From NCBI RefSeq assembly GCF_006345805.1, contig NC_042998.1:130448001-130512000 (forward strand): DNA of 64,000 bases, in the 5' to 3' direction. Made by a program: the position numbers and the translations under genes. The first letter of the stretch is position 1. Each line of letters opens with the position of its first letter. Shown here piece by piece: positions 12,528 through 27,029 of the stretch. Below the pieces are notes generated by a model. That model made no database searches. It was not told where the DNA came from and saw only the letters and a program-made list of their open reading frames with translations. This DNA is from Octopus sinensis. Its lineage: Eukaryota.

Positions 12528-15500
12528 TTATTGTTGTTGTTTATGATTATAATTTTTATTACCATCACTAACGCCTTAGGGTCTTGTTGCAGTTGTTTTA
12601 AGTTTCATAATGTTATTCTTCATCTTCCTCCTCCCCTCCCCCTCTTTGTCCTCCATGCTGCCCCTCTCTTACATACCCCCTCTTCCTCCTCCTCATCCTC
12701 CTACTACTACTAGAAGTAGTAGTAGTAGTAGTAGTAATAGGAGCAGCAGCTCTATTCGTAGTATTATATAACTAATATAAAATCAGAACACGTCATCCTA
12801 ATCATGTTTGTGATTGTGGTAAACTTGGTGTAGCCATAGTTGTAGACTTCCAATGATATCAGAAAAGAAAATTCTGAATTACTGACAAGGGACCGTTATA
12901 ACTAGAACTGAAATGAAATGTATAAATTGTTGAGGAACAGCATGTAAATGTAACTGAAAGAAGAAAATAAGGTGAAGATAATGAGATGAAGGATCATGAG
13001 AATGACGAATACAGTGAAGCAAGGAGGGAGATGAATTCAAACAAGAGATGAGAACAATAAATGAAAATAACGACAAAAAATATATAAGACAAATTCATCG
13101 ATGTATTAAGCAGGCGAACAAATAAGTATTAATTATTAAAAAAAATTTTAAATGAAACAAAGTAAAAATTAAACAGCGTAAGATAGCGGTAGATATTTAT
13201 TGGGATAAGAAAAAAGTAGTGAATATACAAAAAAAATTTGGCTGAATAAAAGGATAAAAGAGAAAAAAGGAATGAGATTAATGAACAAAATAGGTTTGTT
13301 TTTAAATATGCTACGAAATGCATAAAAAAAGAAAATATAGAAGAAAGATTGAGTAAAAAATAATGCTTGATACTACGAACGATAACAATGCTGAATGAAG
13401 ATATAGAGAAGAATGGAACAAAATACTGGATAGAAGGTGGAAGGGAAGCAGAATGAAGGAGAAAGAAAAGAATGATTGAAGAAAAACGAAAGTAAAGATA
13501 AGTAAATAAATAAAAAAAAGAAGAGAATGAGTTGGATAAAAGTAATAATACAAAAACTGATAAATAAATTGGCGAAGGAGTATTTAGAAAATGTAGTTGA
13601 ACGATTAAGAAAAAACTACAAATTGTTATGGAAACATATTCATATTCACCATATTGGCAGGTTCTGTTATTCAGTCAAGCACGGTAAATATGTGTTACAA
13701 TTTATCATTTTATTACCTTTATTTTTCATTCATATACCCGTAATAAATTGCTCCCACAAATACGAGCATTATCTGGCTTACATACAAATAAGCCCTTGCC
13801 TATAGTCAGAAACAGAACCATGCAAACATATTTTAATAAGTAATACTGGTGTTAAAATAAATTACACATGCATTATGGTTGGTGCAAAAATCTTCATATC
13901 GTCTTTAACTACTGGCTAAAATGTGAGAGTTTATTTTATGTATCACCCTTTCATTTTGCGTCGTTTTAGCGACTTCTAGCTGGTTATTTGTATTATTTTT
14001 ATTGTAACCCATTTATGTGTGAGCTTTTTTATGTATGTATATATATATATATATATAAAATTATAGGTCTGGTTATAAGTGGGTTGCGTTTAAATAAATA
14101 ACTATGAAAATTAGCTTTTTAAAATATACCTATGAAAACCTTCCTTCCTAATAAGAAAGACATGCATAATACCAGTTTCCAAGAATATTTCATTACCTCG
14201 CTCCAGGACCTCTATGAATATATGCACCTATCTTAAAGAATAAGATATCTTTAAATTTCAATAAGATGAGTATATAGACAAAAAGATACAAATGTTTTTT
14301 TTCTTTATTTACAATGAACCGTTTAAAACTTCGGTGGATATATGCCAATGGTGGGATAATGTTTCAACTTGTAATAGCGAATGATTATAATGCCATATAA
14401 ATTTGGAGTGGTGAAGGATTTCTATTCATTTGCCAATTAAAATCATTATATTATGTAAAGATCTTTTCTGTATGATATGGCAGATATAATTGCAATAATC
14501 TCAAATTAATGTATATGCATAATGTGTTTCTGGCGATGTAGCAAGCTTGTAACGTATTAAAATGCTATGATGTATTTACAAGATCGATTTTACTGTTCTT
14601 TTCATTAAACATTGGAATTATATGTGAATGTTTGCTAAGCCCTACCTTGTTACATTTGATATAAGAATGAACAAAGAATATTGGTATGTCAATATGTATT
14701 TATTATGATCTTCATATTAAAACAAAGTACGCGCGCGCGAGCGTGTGTGAGGAGGAAAAGGCTTACGAAAGAAATTACAGTCGCAGTCGTCCTTTTTAAA
14801 ACTTTATTGAAATCAAAACAATTACGTGGTTATCTAGGCAGTCCCTTCTTTCATTCTTTGTAATAAAATAAAATCATTTAGAAAAAAAAGGTGCATTGTC
14901 TAATGGTTACAGTGTTGGATTCACGGTTTTCAATCCCACGGAGTTGCTCCCATAACTTTCAGTTGAATGTAAGTATCAGTAACAGCTGGAAATTCACTAT
15001 GCAAAGAACTGGCTTCTCGTTAAAATCATAGATTTACTACCAAGGCATGAATTAAGAGAAAAGGACTTAGAATTAAGAGAAAAGGAAAAAAGAAAATTTA
15101 AGCAATATTTACTTCAATTGAAAAAATATGCGACAGAAAAAAACCATAAAAATATGATGTATATCAGGAAACGGTGATTATGCCTGGATTACCCATAACG
15201 TAATCCACTAAGTCTCTGAAATTTTCAGAAAACCATACAATAATTTTGAAGCGACGGGGCGTATTCAATCGATCGAGGATCAGCATTCAGCTATAAAAAT
15301 TTACAGGAGCACTGGTTGGTAACACTTCTATTTCAATTGTATCCTGCTTTTCAGGTGATACATAAAAACCCTCTTTAGAGCTTTAGCTGAAGGTTAAATT
15401 ATCTGCCCTCAACCTTCGCTGCCCTTTTTATGACAATAGCAGCGGGCTCTACAAAATGCCCATCATTTATTGCCGAGAGCCAATTTCAATTTCTCCTTTC

Positions 15501-16199
15501 AAGAAAAATATATGAAGTAGTAAATAAATAATCCAGTTTTATTTTTCACCCCACACATCACTAATGTTCAGTCACATGTTAAACAAGTGGATAGGGAATA
15601 CATAATGTATTTCAAACAGTCGTGCAACATACATGCGTATATTTCAAACAACACTACTCGGTCTAAAAATTTATCTTGGAATGACAGCACTTCCGAAAAC
15701 ATAGCTAAGCGAAGGCTAACTTTGTAAAAGTACCTGTAATTTTTAATATTTTCAAATTACTAAAATGATTGATTATATTACACACGCACACATATCCACA
15801 CACACATGCACACATGCATCTATACATACTTATTACAAGCATACATATATCCATGTAATATATATATTACAAGCATACATATATGTACACACACACATAC
15901 ACATATATGTCCAGAAAGTGATAGCTAGATAGATAGATATGGAGAGAGAGAGAGAAAGAGAGAGAAAGAGCGACTGAAAAATGGAGGGAGAGTAAAGAAT
16001 AATATGCAGTATAAACTTATAATTTACAAAGTAGAGAAAAATTTTAAATTTGAGGTTAGAATAGATATAATTTAGATGAAGTCTTTCGAATAAGCGAGAA
16101 AATATAGGGGCAACATACAATCGGTATTAGAACTAGAAATGAAAGTGGACAGTATGAGAAGATCAGAAGAAGAATACGGCAAGGGTGTATATTATTATC

Positions 16200-18750
16200 A
16201 GACCTATTTTTATCATAGATTGGATATACAGACAGGAATGTAAATTATTGCCAATATGCATTAGGCAGACGGCACAGTTAATTTATACAAACGACAGAGA
16301 TCTTCAAACATTAGTTGCTGATATTAATGATGAAGATGAAATTTTTATATCTAGGTCTTAACAAATCAAAGCAAAAGTAAATCAAATAATCAAAATAATA
16401 AAAGGAACAATGACAATCTCGAAGAAGATATCACCAATTTGCAATATATGAATTAACAATATTGGGATAAGATATTAGCTGCAAATATTTGGCAACCATC
16501 GTTACATCAGAGGGGAGAAACATCAAAGAAATTAAGTGAATGTTTGGCGATGTAGGTACGCTATTGCAATTTTTGGTTAGATCAAACATATATTATCAAA
16601 TATATACCGGTTGGAATAAAAAATCCTAGACATAATGAAAACATACGTAAACATCAGTATCAGTGGTTTAGACGAAATATTCTATGCATGAACAATACGA
16701 AAAGTAAGCAGGAAATCCGTCCAGATTACTTAAGGATGAATATGTCCTTAAAAAACAACATACTGAAATATACTATAAACATATCTGAGAAACCTGATTG
16801 AAATTAATAACGAAATGGCACAACTAAATAAGCGATAAAATGCGAAGAAAAGTAAAATAAAATAAGTTATCCGTACACCAAGTGTTCATGAAATGAAATA
16901 CCATTACTAATTTACAATGCATGAGTTGGTATCAAAAGCGACAGCTAAGCTCAAATGATTTTATCACGAACTAGATAAATAAATAATGGAAATCAACCGA
17001 AACAGAAACCCGAACTAAAAATGAGCGACAAGCAAGAATTATAGAGAGGAAATAGCCAGCGAAAATATCATCACAAATGACGGTGTTCAAAACAACAAGC
17101 AACAGCTTTGATAGGGATTAGTTTCTCCTGTATCATGGTAAGATACCACCAAAAATAAGTGAACACACAAAATATATCATGGAACAATAGTAAACATCTC
17201 TATAGATACTGCTGAATAAGAAAGAACCCTGCATTTGAAGATAGGACTCACATCTTATTCTGCCAGGTGCTAATATTTAAATGACATGTTAAAAAAAGGT
17301 ACCGAGCAAGGATACAAATACTATATACAGAAATTCAGACAGCTTATGTTTATAAACAACCTTGAGTTACATTCTAGATAATAAGAAACTTCAAACATTA
17401 CTGCAGACAGTAAGCATCCCAGATCGTTCTTCCAATCAGTACACGCGTTTAGTAATGTTATAAACATGAGATTTGTATTAGAAAAACAGGCAAAGGCAAA
17501 CGACGTGAAAAACATTTATTAATTGCATTAATATCAAGCTAGTGAAAGAAACAGGGATTAAAAAATATATATTTACAACACTCGCAGACATTTATGCATT
17601 TTTAATAATCGATTATGTATGGAAAGTACAGCATACTCAGATGTGACGGGAATATAGCTGCATTAAATCAATACTTAAAACAGAAATAATTACAAAAGTA
17701 AAGTAATATGGATTAATATTCTAGTTGTTCTAGAAAGACGCTATAGTTACACTTTTCTCAAGTGGTGGTTAACATTAACTGGCAAGTCTAGACATGACAG
17801 GAAGAATATAATTACTGCATTTAAAATGCAGAAACCAAAGCATGAAATAAAGAAATTATGTATACTACAATTACCTGAAAGTAGAGGTTTTATGCAACAA
17901 GAATATAAAATATCCACTGTAAATTTCAAATCTAATACGAACAGGGATGAAATAATGACTATTTTCACTCAACAAAGAAACATATAAAGAAGAAGCAGGA
18001 GCCGAAATGACAGTAAAGATATTAACATGGAAAACTAAGATGCTGTAAAAACTGAAGCTACTGGACCCAAAGCTAAGTCAATAGCCGGAATGGCCTATAC
18101 ATGGACAATGGAAGAAAAGGGTAGTACAAGCTGAGAACGGCAGGAACTAAATGTAAGACGGTGGCTGAGGACCAAATCATTCTACTTTGAAACAAACAAA
18201 AAGGTGTAAATATTAACTAACTATAGGATAAATCACAATGTCTGTAGCGGACTAATTATATGCAAGAAAAAGCATATCTACAAATGTGAAGGTAGTTACC
18301 AGCATTATAAAGAAGCAACATACATGAGTGGTAACAATATAGCCGAGAATGATCTCTGAAAATTGCAAGGTGATTATTGTTTGACATGTATATCCTTGCC
18401 AATCCAGTCTAATGGGGGTCAAATTATGTGCTTTTAAGAAATAATGTGCTTTTAAAACTAAATATCAATCACAAAAGATGATAATGTATTTCAAATGGAA
18501 AAAGAAAAATAGCCAAATATAAATATCTGGAAAGGGAAAGAACCAGAATATGATAGTTGGAAACAGAAACAATCTTGATAATAGACATATTTTAAAATGA
18601 TGAAAACGAATGTAGATAAATACGTAGCCAAACACAATTTACTGATTTTCTCAACACAAACTATTTTCAATAAGAATAAAACACGATAAACTCAAAACAA
18701 AACGCTACACTATTAGACGTAGTTCCATACACATGTGTAAAGAACTGCGT
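16200..18750 (+). mobile_element. Possible very old RLE-type non-LTR retrotransposon remnant
   Basis: A-rich plus strand; frameshifted pieces resembling H-I-x-x-C (18270) and PD.MIV..KQKQ.LIIDI (18540-18590). No clean RT motif is visible. Confidence 0.3.
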
Positions 18751-19487
18751 TCGATAGTGTGGTGGTCGCAGAAAAGGAAAATGATATTAATAAAACAAAA
18801 TAAATAAATGAACAAAAATAGCGATTAAAAATAAATGAATAAAAATTATAATAACCATGTTTGTTTTACTCAATTTGCCAACCATATATATATATATTAG
18901 TTACAAAACATGTGGTGGAGAAAATGCTTTACATTATAAGAAGTGAGTGGTGAAAGACCTTATTCAATAAATATGGGGAAAAGTTTAGAAAAGGATTAAA
19001 ACAAATAATTACACAGATTAATTAAGGGTGTTTAATGAAAACACATCGTAAGTGAAAGAAAATAAATTTAATATAGGTGAGAGTGCCCCAACCACATAGT
19101 TGTCGGAAGCCGCTATTTATGCTGATGTGGGTATCTAAACTTCCTGACTACCTCAAAGACTAACATTTCAATATTTTACCTAAAAGTTGTGAAGACAGCT
19201 AACACACAAACAACAGGTGAATTTAACATTTTGATAATGCCAAAGAAAGGGAAGTTACCACAAGAATGTTATTAATAACGTCTCTTTATCCGTATTCGGT
19301 TCCCATTTACTCCCCTATATGTACTTTGACTTCAGTGTACTGGTGTAGAGCAATTTGGTGGTTTATTCGACACTCGTATCTCGAAAGGAAGATCCGTGAA
19401 AAATAGCAAAATTCCTCATTCCTATAATACTTGTCAAACCTGAGCACTGGTTGTGAAGAGACTTTACGTAAAAGACGAGGATTCCCT

Positions 19488-19700
19488 AAGGCGGCGAGCT
19501 GGTGGAAACGTTAGCATGCCGTGCGAAATGTTTAGCGATACTTCGTCTGTCTTTACGTACTGAGTTCGAATTCCACCGACTTTGCCTTCCTTCCTTTCGG
19601 GGTATATAAATTACGTACCAGTTGCGTACTGGGGTCGGTCTAATCGACTAGCCTCCATCCCCCCAAATTTCGGGCCTTGTGCCTAGACTAGAAAAGATTA
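19488..19700 (+). mobile_element. tRNA-derived SINE, family A
   Basis: Full head, core and tail; flanked by GAGGATTCC / GAGGATTTCC, a possible target-site duplication. Confidence 0.85.
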
Positions 19701-21679
19701 TAGAGGATTTCCAGGAGAACTTTATGGGTAATCCATACCATTCATTTTCTCTCTCGTCTTGTGCTTTTTTTTGCTTGATCAGAATTTCGTATATTATTTC
19801 TTCATGGCCTTTCAATCACTCGTTCTTCTAGGAAAAACTGAACCCCATTCTTATTTGGGATAGGCTGACATCTCCCTAACAAGAGATTGACTAATGGTCA
19901 TACCAGATGCACTCCATCTAATCCATTTTCGTCCCATTTAGTTTGGATGGCTTCTCTCCTTCTGTGGAAGTTTCATTTTTGTGATGTTTGGATCTTCTTC
20001 GATGACTAACCCATAATTTAACAGTCGCACATTGCAATAAGTGCGAATAACAATATTAAATGATGATAAAAATATGATGATAAAATGCATATGATGATAA
20101 AATGTATTCTGAAACCTGTTGGAAAAGCAACCGCTAGTAAATGCTGCTGTCGGCCGCTTTCGATCTGTGCCCCTCTTTCTAGTTCTCAGTAGAAACATGT
20201 AAGGTTAATCTTCAGCTTGTATTTAATTTACCTTTAAATACAGTCACTTTGTCACTTAATTTGAACAACAATTTATTAAAACTTAAGGATCGCAAATATG
20301 TAATGTCTGAGGATCAACGCTATTTGTATTCAAGCTCGCAGAATCCTTACCTGAGTTACATTTTTTAACGAAAATGCGGATATTCCCGCTTTACGAGAGG
20401 AAATATATCTCATTGAAGAGCTTAGTGAAGAAGGTTTTGGAAATGGTTACCATAACACGGAGATTTAATAGGTCACGTAACGTATAACAAATCAACGTGT
20501 ATCTTTCTTGAGTTCTTTCAGTCGAAGAAATGAATATCGATTCTTTGGAAGTGTGTATTTCAAATTCTGCTGGTAAAATATTCAGTGAGCGAAAGGGAGA
20601 ACCTTGAAACCTCCATCTTATGATATCTATAGCAGCGTATCATCGTTGAATGAAAAAAATGTGTTTTCATATGCGTTAAACTCATTCATTTTAGTTTTAT
20701 TTCCAAACATCACAATAAAATATATATTTCAAACACAGAAATATGTAAATAAAATACATAAAATTTTAATAATTCAAACAAACTTTGAAGATACATATTT
20801 TTTCATGTGATGGATAATTTTGGGATATATGAAGTTTTTAAAACATAAATAATACAAGGAAAGAAAACTACAAACAAATTTTCAAATAATAAACTTAATT
20901 TTCATTTGAAAACTTAAAAAAAAAATCTTAAAATATCGTAGCCATTAGCATTCTTCTTATCGTATTCTAGTTATATTCTTTTCATTAAAGCATACACATC
21001 TACATACAATTACACTGCACATGCATATACAGAAACACAAATACACTCACTATTTTAATAGAAAAAAACCCGCAAAAAGTAGCAATATACTAAAGAGAAC
21101 AAAACAGCAAGCTCTAGAAAGTTCTATATTTTTTAAATATGAAATATATTCTTTAAAAAATTATTTTAAACTGATAAATCTAGGAAAATATGCTTCTCTC
21201 ACTTTCTCATTATGTCTGTATTTGACTTGGTTTATCCTTTCTTTTAATATTTTTCGTTCTCTCACTTTTCTACTCTTACTCGTCGAATTCGTATCAATCT
21301 TGATCGCGCATTCCCTTCTGTTGCGTATTTTTCCCTCTCTTATATGATCTATCTCTCTGCTTCGCTTTCTTTTTAATCATTTTCTCTTCCACTCACTATC
21401 GTGCCACATTTTCTTATTTCCATAAATTCCTTTCAAAAATTCAAACATGATCATTCTACACATATAAGCACAAACATACCCACATATACATATACACACA
21501 CTCTCACACACACACCACACGTACAGATATGTGGATATACACATATATTCGCCCAGACGAATGAATGAAGAGGTAGTATGATGTACAATCATGAATATAT
21601 GTATATATGCTTGCGCACGTCTGTATATGTATATATATTTTTTTTATTTTATCTAGTTTCAGCTCACTAGCTGTGGCCA

Positions 21680-21823
<144 letters not shown>

Positions 21824-21883
21824 CAGTAGCATCCACCCTTAGGGGTTAGCCATATTGAAATGGCAAAAATACGTCACTATATA

Positions 21884-21925
<42 letters not shown>

Positions 21926-22154
21926 GCTTCTATTGAGGAAATGCCTTTTTGAATAATTAGAATGGGAAAATTGAAATCGCTTCAAATTTGCTACTACTAC
22001 TACTACTACTCCCACCACCACTACTATTGTTGACGTTACTGATGCAGTTATTCCTAAATATATTCTTGCATGTTTTATAATATTAGCACAGCTGACCGCT
22101 ATCAAATACATACATATATACATATACATACATGCATATATACATATATATATA

Positions 22155-22219
<65 letters not shown>

Positions 22220-23018
22220 TTACTTATATCTATATCATTTTACAATAAAAACACAAGTCTCGTTTAATAGCGATACCCGAGGTCTCCTGGTCGAAACGTT
22301 TATTTATTTCACCATTCTTCAAGCTTAGGAAAAGATCGTTTGTTAGTTGGGTTTTGGGCAGATGGCGCTTAAACGAAAGACGATTAAAAGGAGGAAGACA
22401 AGAAGAAAAAACACAAGGAAGAAGACCAACAATACAGTAAATCAATATGAAGCAGACACGACTAAGATATTGATGTTTTATTATGTTTCAGGTGGCCTAA
22501 TCTTAAATTCCACCTACATGTGTTTCTAAGAATGTGGACGTACAGAAAAGATCTCGTAGAATTTTTATAGTTGTTGGAGGCTGTCATTATTATTAGTTTT
22601 ACTATCTAGTCTCGCTATCACTACCAAATTTCACCATTAGTACAGCTATCACTATTTTGTGACAAACTTTACTGTACGCTTTATCAAGAAATCTATTGTG
22701 GATTGCGAGGGCGGTTTCGATGGGCGCCTCACCGAAACGCATCCAAGTTTTCAATGTTGCAGATATAAGTAAAACTTAATAGATATTTAAACTGAAATTA
22801 CTTGAGGAAATGAAAGGCATGTAAAATGTCCATCTGAAAAAAACGTTTTTTTGGGAATTGATATAATGTACTCAATCAATTAAAGGACTCGATTGAAACG
22901 GCCGTAATGGATGTATATATATATATAAACATATATATTTATATTCACACACACACACGCACACATATATATACATATATATATATACATATATATATAC
23001 ATATATATATAACATATA

Positions 23019-23100
<82 letters not shown>

Positions 23101-23104
<4 letters not shown>

Positions 23105-24374
23105 GGGGAAGAAAGGACGGACGGTTTTGAAAAATTCACTAAATCATTAATTTTAGCTAGAAATAAAGTTTATTGACATCAATGTGTTCGTATTGAATAA
23201 GCATTTTTCAAAATCAAGTGTGGAAAACAACATCCATCATGTGTGGTCCGTTTTCATTTATGCATTTCTGAAGGCGTTTTGGGAAGTTGATCTCCACTCT
23301 CACTAGCATTACTCTGTCGATCTGGGCGACTTTCACGCGAGTAGCTTCCTTCAAATCGTCCAGTGTACAGAACTTGTGAGCATTCCCTATAAGAAATAAT
23401 CACCAATGGACATATCAGAGGTCAGAGGGGACCTAGGAATGTTAGCAAAGTTGGAAATGAAGCGGTCATCGAAGAGAGGGCGAAGAACGTCCGTTGATGC
23501 TCTGGTTGTGTGGGCCGTCACCCCATCTTGTTGAGACAACACACGTCGCATAAGCATACGTTTTCGATGTAATTCAGGCACAAGAAAGTTGTTTATCATC
23601 TCGATACAATGCTAAGAGTTCACAGTAACAGCATTTTCATTGTTGTCTTCAAGCAGGAAAGGAACAGTGACGGTGGCTTTTCCAGCAGCACACCAAGCCT
23701 TCAGTTTTGTGCTGTGCAGTGGCCTTTCATGAGTTCTCTCGGATTTTCAGGAGCCAAATAACGACAATTCTGTTGATTTACCATGCTGAAAATTAGCGTC
23801 ATCACTCATTAACAAAATGAGATCGTCATTTGCCACAAAATTACTTCCGTCTAACGTGCGAAGTTAAGCCGCTGTGCATGGTCTTATGGTTTCAACAGTT
23901 ACCCAATGACCAATTTACGAGGGTGGTGGGAAATGCAGGTTTTCATGCAAAATACGCCTTACCGATCGATTACTGATGCCAAGTACATTGGAATGCCTCC
24001 GAGTAGAGCGATTTGGATTCCGTATCAAAATTTGTCTGGCGTGTTCCACATTTTGCCGAACTCCGTATCATTCGCGGCGCCCTCATCGGTCTCATATTAA
24101 TTAGTGTACACGGTGTACAAATTGCATTCACAATAGGTAAGATTGTGTTACAGGTGAGAACAGCCTGATTTCGATGACCGTTGAAGTGGTGCCGAATCTC
24201 ACGCTGAACTGCTGTGATAGACTCGTTATTATTCACGTAAATGTTGAAGGCAAATACGCGATGCTCTAACGTCTACAGTGCCACGGCTTCACCTGAAAAG
24301 AAAAAGAATGCACAACGAACCGAATGGTACCTGTCTCTTCCCCTCAGGCTGAGTAATAGCCATTTCAAAAGCGT

Positions 24375-24377
<3 letters not shown>
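23101..24377 (-). mobile_element. Tc1/mariner DD41D (rosa-type) transposon, decayed, within (TA)n
   Basis: N-terminal SITAVQREIRHHF..CNTI; MSDDANF (first D); QQDGVTAH...SDMSIGDYFL with exactly 41 residues between D2 and D3; imperfect terminal repeat GGACG(G/C)TTTTGAAA; (TA)n on both sides. Confidence 0.85.
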
Positions 24378-24467
<90 letters not shown>

Positions 24468-24570
24468 TGTGTGTGTGTGTATATATATCTACATATCTAT
24501 ATATATGTACACACCACACACGCATACACAAACACAGCTATATGTTTTTGTGTGTATGTTTATGTGCGTA

Positions 24571-24858
24571 AAGGTGCGTAGCTTAGTGGTTAGGGTATTC
24601 GACCCTTAACGCAAGGCGTTTTGTGTCCTTGAGCAAGCCAATTAATGTCATATGCTCCACTCAACCCAGCTAGCCAAAATGAATTCAGAAGGCCAGCCTT
24701 GTCACGTTCTGCGCCACGTAGAATCTCCTCGAGAATTATGTTAAGGGTACGGGTATTTGTGGAATGCTCAGCAACTTGCGCGTTAATTTCACGAGAAGGC
24801 TGTTACGTTGATTGGTTCATCTAGAACGACGGGTTGTCAGAGTAGTAGACTACCAGGT
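24571..24858 (+). mobile_element. tRNA-derived SINE, family C
   Basis: A-box-like TAGCTTAGTGGTTAGG head followed by TGTGTCCTTGAGCAAG central motif; between microsatellites; single copy in the window. Confidence 0.55.
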
Positions 24859-25807
24859 GTAAAGCATACATACATACATAACTACATACATACATACATA
24901 CATACATCCATACATACATACAAACCCACAAATACATATATACATACATACATAGAGAGAGTGAGAGAGAGAGAGAGAGAGAGAGAAAATGAGTATGAGA
25001 GAGACACACATCATCGATATTTCAGTGGAAGGAAAGAAAAGATTAGTGTTACCTTCAAGATCCTCAAAATATATCACCATGGTGTGAAAGCATATAATTT
25101 GTTCCACAGATAAAAGGACTCGATCACTAAGTTTCTCTTGGGGATTCCACCAAGTTGATAGCGTCGGGCAGCTGCATAACAAAATCTTAATTAAAATGCC
25201 TTAATGATTCATATAATATATTCTGAATTGAAATCGTATCGTGGAGATCTGTATGATACATCCATCTCACTGCGCACATTCTAATACAAGTCTTATATCA
25301 AATTAAACTACCGCCAGGTGTATAAATTGTGCCAGAGGTCCCTAACCGAGAAATAATATGCTAAGCTGTTATTTAAGATAACTCGCTGAGATTTGCAATG
25401 AATGGCTGGATGTTACACAAACCAAACGAACTAACAGTCAAAAAGCATTCATAATTTATTGACAAGTACACATATTTTATAGCTTTACACTATTGAATGG
25501 ATTTCCAGGTGTCGAAAATAACGTGAATGGAAATATAAAAAATCACAATAATAGAGCAATTGATAAAAGTTAAGAAGAGAGTTAAAATTATGCATAAAAT
25601 TATGTGTAATAATGAATTTTATATCCGGGGAAATTTTTGCTTCTTCCGCTGTAAAGAAGCAGAGGAAACAGAAATGTCAAAGCTACAGGCCTAAACACTT
25701 GGGTACCACTAATTCTCACATATATGTATGAATGAATCAAACACATATATATGACTATACATATGTACAATCACACACACACACACACATATATATATAC
25801 ACACATG

Positions 25808-25839
<32 letters not shown>

Positions 25840-26086
25840 ATTATACATATATATGTATATGCGTGTTAGTCTACATATATGTATGTATATGTGCATGTAT
25901 TTATGTATTTGTATATCCATCTTCATAGAGCATTACGTCAGAATGCTCGGTAGGATTTCTACTCAATTTTAAATATTTATAAATGAGTAGACAGATGATT
26001 GTGTGTGCTTAGTTTGTTGGTCAAGTGACTATACCACCTTTGAAGCATCTATGCATGCGGTTATGTAGTTATGAGGGTACGTATAA

Positions 26087-26131
<45 letters not shown>

Positions 26132-26204
26132 TATAGGGAGAGAGAGAGAGATACGTATATATGTGTATCTATCTATCAATCTATTTATATATATATATAC
26201 ATAC

Positions 26205-26266
<62 letters not shown>

Positions 26267-26784
26267 GTATATGTATACATATGTATGTGTGTGCATGTGT
26301 GCGTGCGTGTGTATGTATGTAATCATATTATGCAGTTTTGTCTGCAATATTTTTCTTTGTTAATGTCTAAGAGGTTGATTTATAATTCATCTTGAACCGA
26401 AATGTGCCATTCTTCCGTTCGGTTCATAAAAAATAATTGTAAGCTGCATCATATTCGCTGCATTGTAGAGAAATGTATAGCCTTTTGGAAACGGCTGAAT
26501 TATCATGTAAGGTAGGATAATACAGTTCATGAAAAGAATAGCATATTTCATAAGTGTATTACATCTGTATAGAGTATCTTCAAGAATATGACTGTGCATT
26601 AAAGAAATTCCTAAGCAACCCCTGAAATTCATGAGTACTAATCATCTCCGTAATTGCGTACGCTTTGTGCTTGTTCTAATAAACATCGGAGAATATATCA
26701 TGTGCCTTTCCCATGTGTATTCTATGCATGCGAGTTGAAAAAATAATAAAATAAGAACGTGTATTTCTTTTCATAAGCAAAAAA

Positions 26785-26862
26785 TTCGCTACGTAAAGAC
26801 GGACGAAATGCCGCTAAGCATTTTGCCTGGCGTACTAACGATTCTGCAGGCTGGCTGCCTTT
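26785..26862 (-). mobile_element. SINE family A head fragment
   Basis: Reverse complement AAGGCAGCCAGCCTGCAGAATCGTTAGTACGCCAGGCAAAATGCTTAGCGGCATTTCG matches the family A head. Confidence 0.7.
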
Positions 26863-26949
26863 TGAAAACAACAAGAACAAGAACAACAAAAACAACAACA
26901 GCAACAACAACAACAATAATAGTAATCATAATAATAATAATAATAATCA

Positions 26950-26993
<44 letters not shown>

Positions 26994-27029
26994 ATAATAA
27001 TAATAATAATATAATAATAATAATACCAC

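Noticed and set aside
13877-13910. GGTTGGTGCAAAA mariner-TIR-like sequence
   Set aside because: No matching inverted copy or transposase trace nearby.
14890-14940. tRNA-like GTCTAATGGTTACAGTGTTGGATTC..TTCAATCCC
   Set aside because: No cloverleaf; at most a decayed SINE head.
20350-20640. ~85-codon stop-free minus-strand frame and a nearby CAG|GTAAGG donor
   Set aside because: The frame stops before the donor and no motif is recognisable.
22270-22910. GAAACG-containing hammerhead-like remnants (22290, 22735, 22895)
   Set aside because: The CUGANGA core is missing or has multiple mismatches; possibly decayed PLE termini but not supportable.
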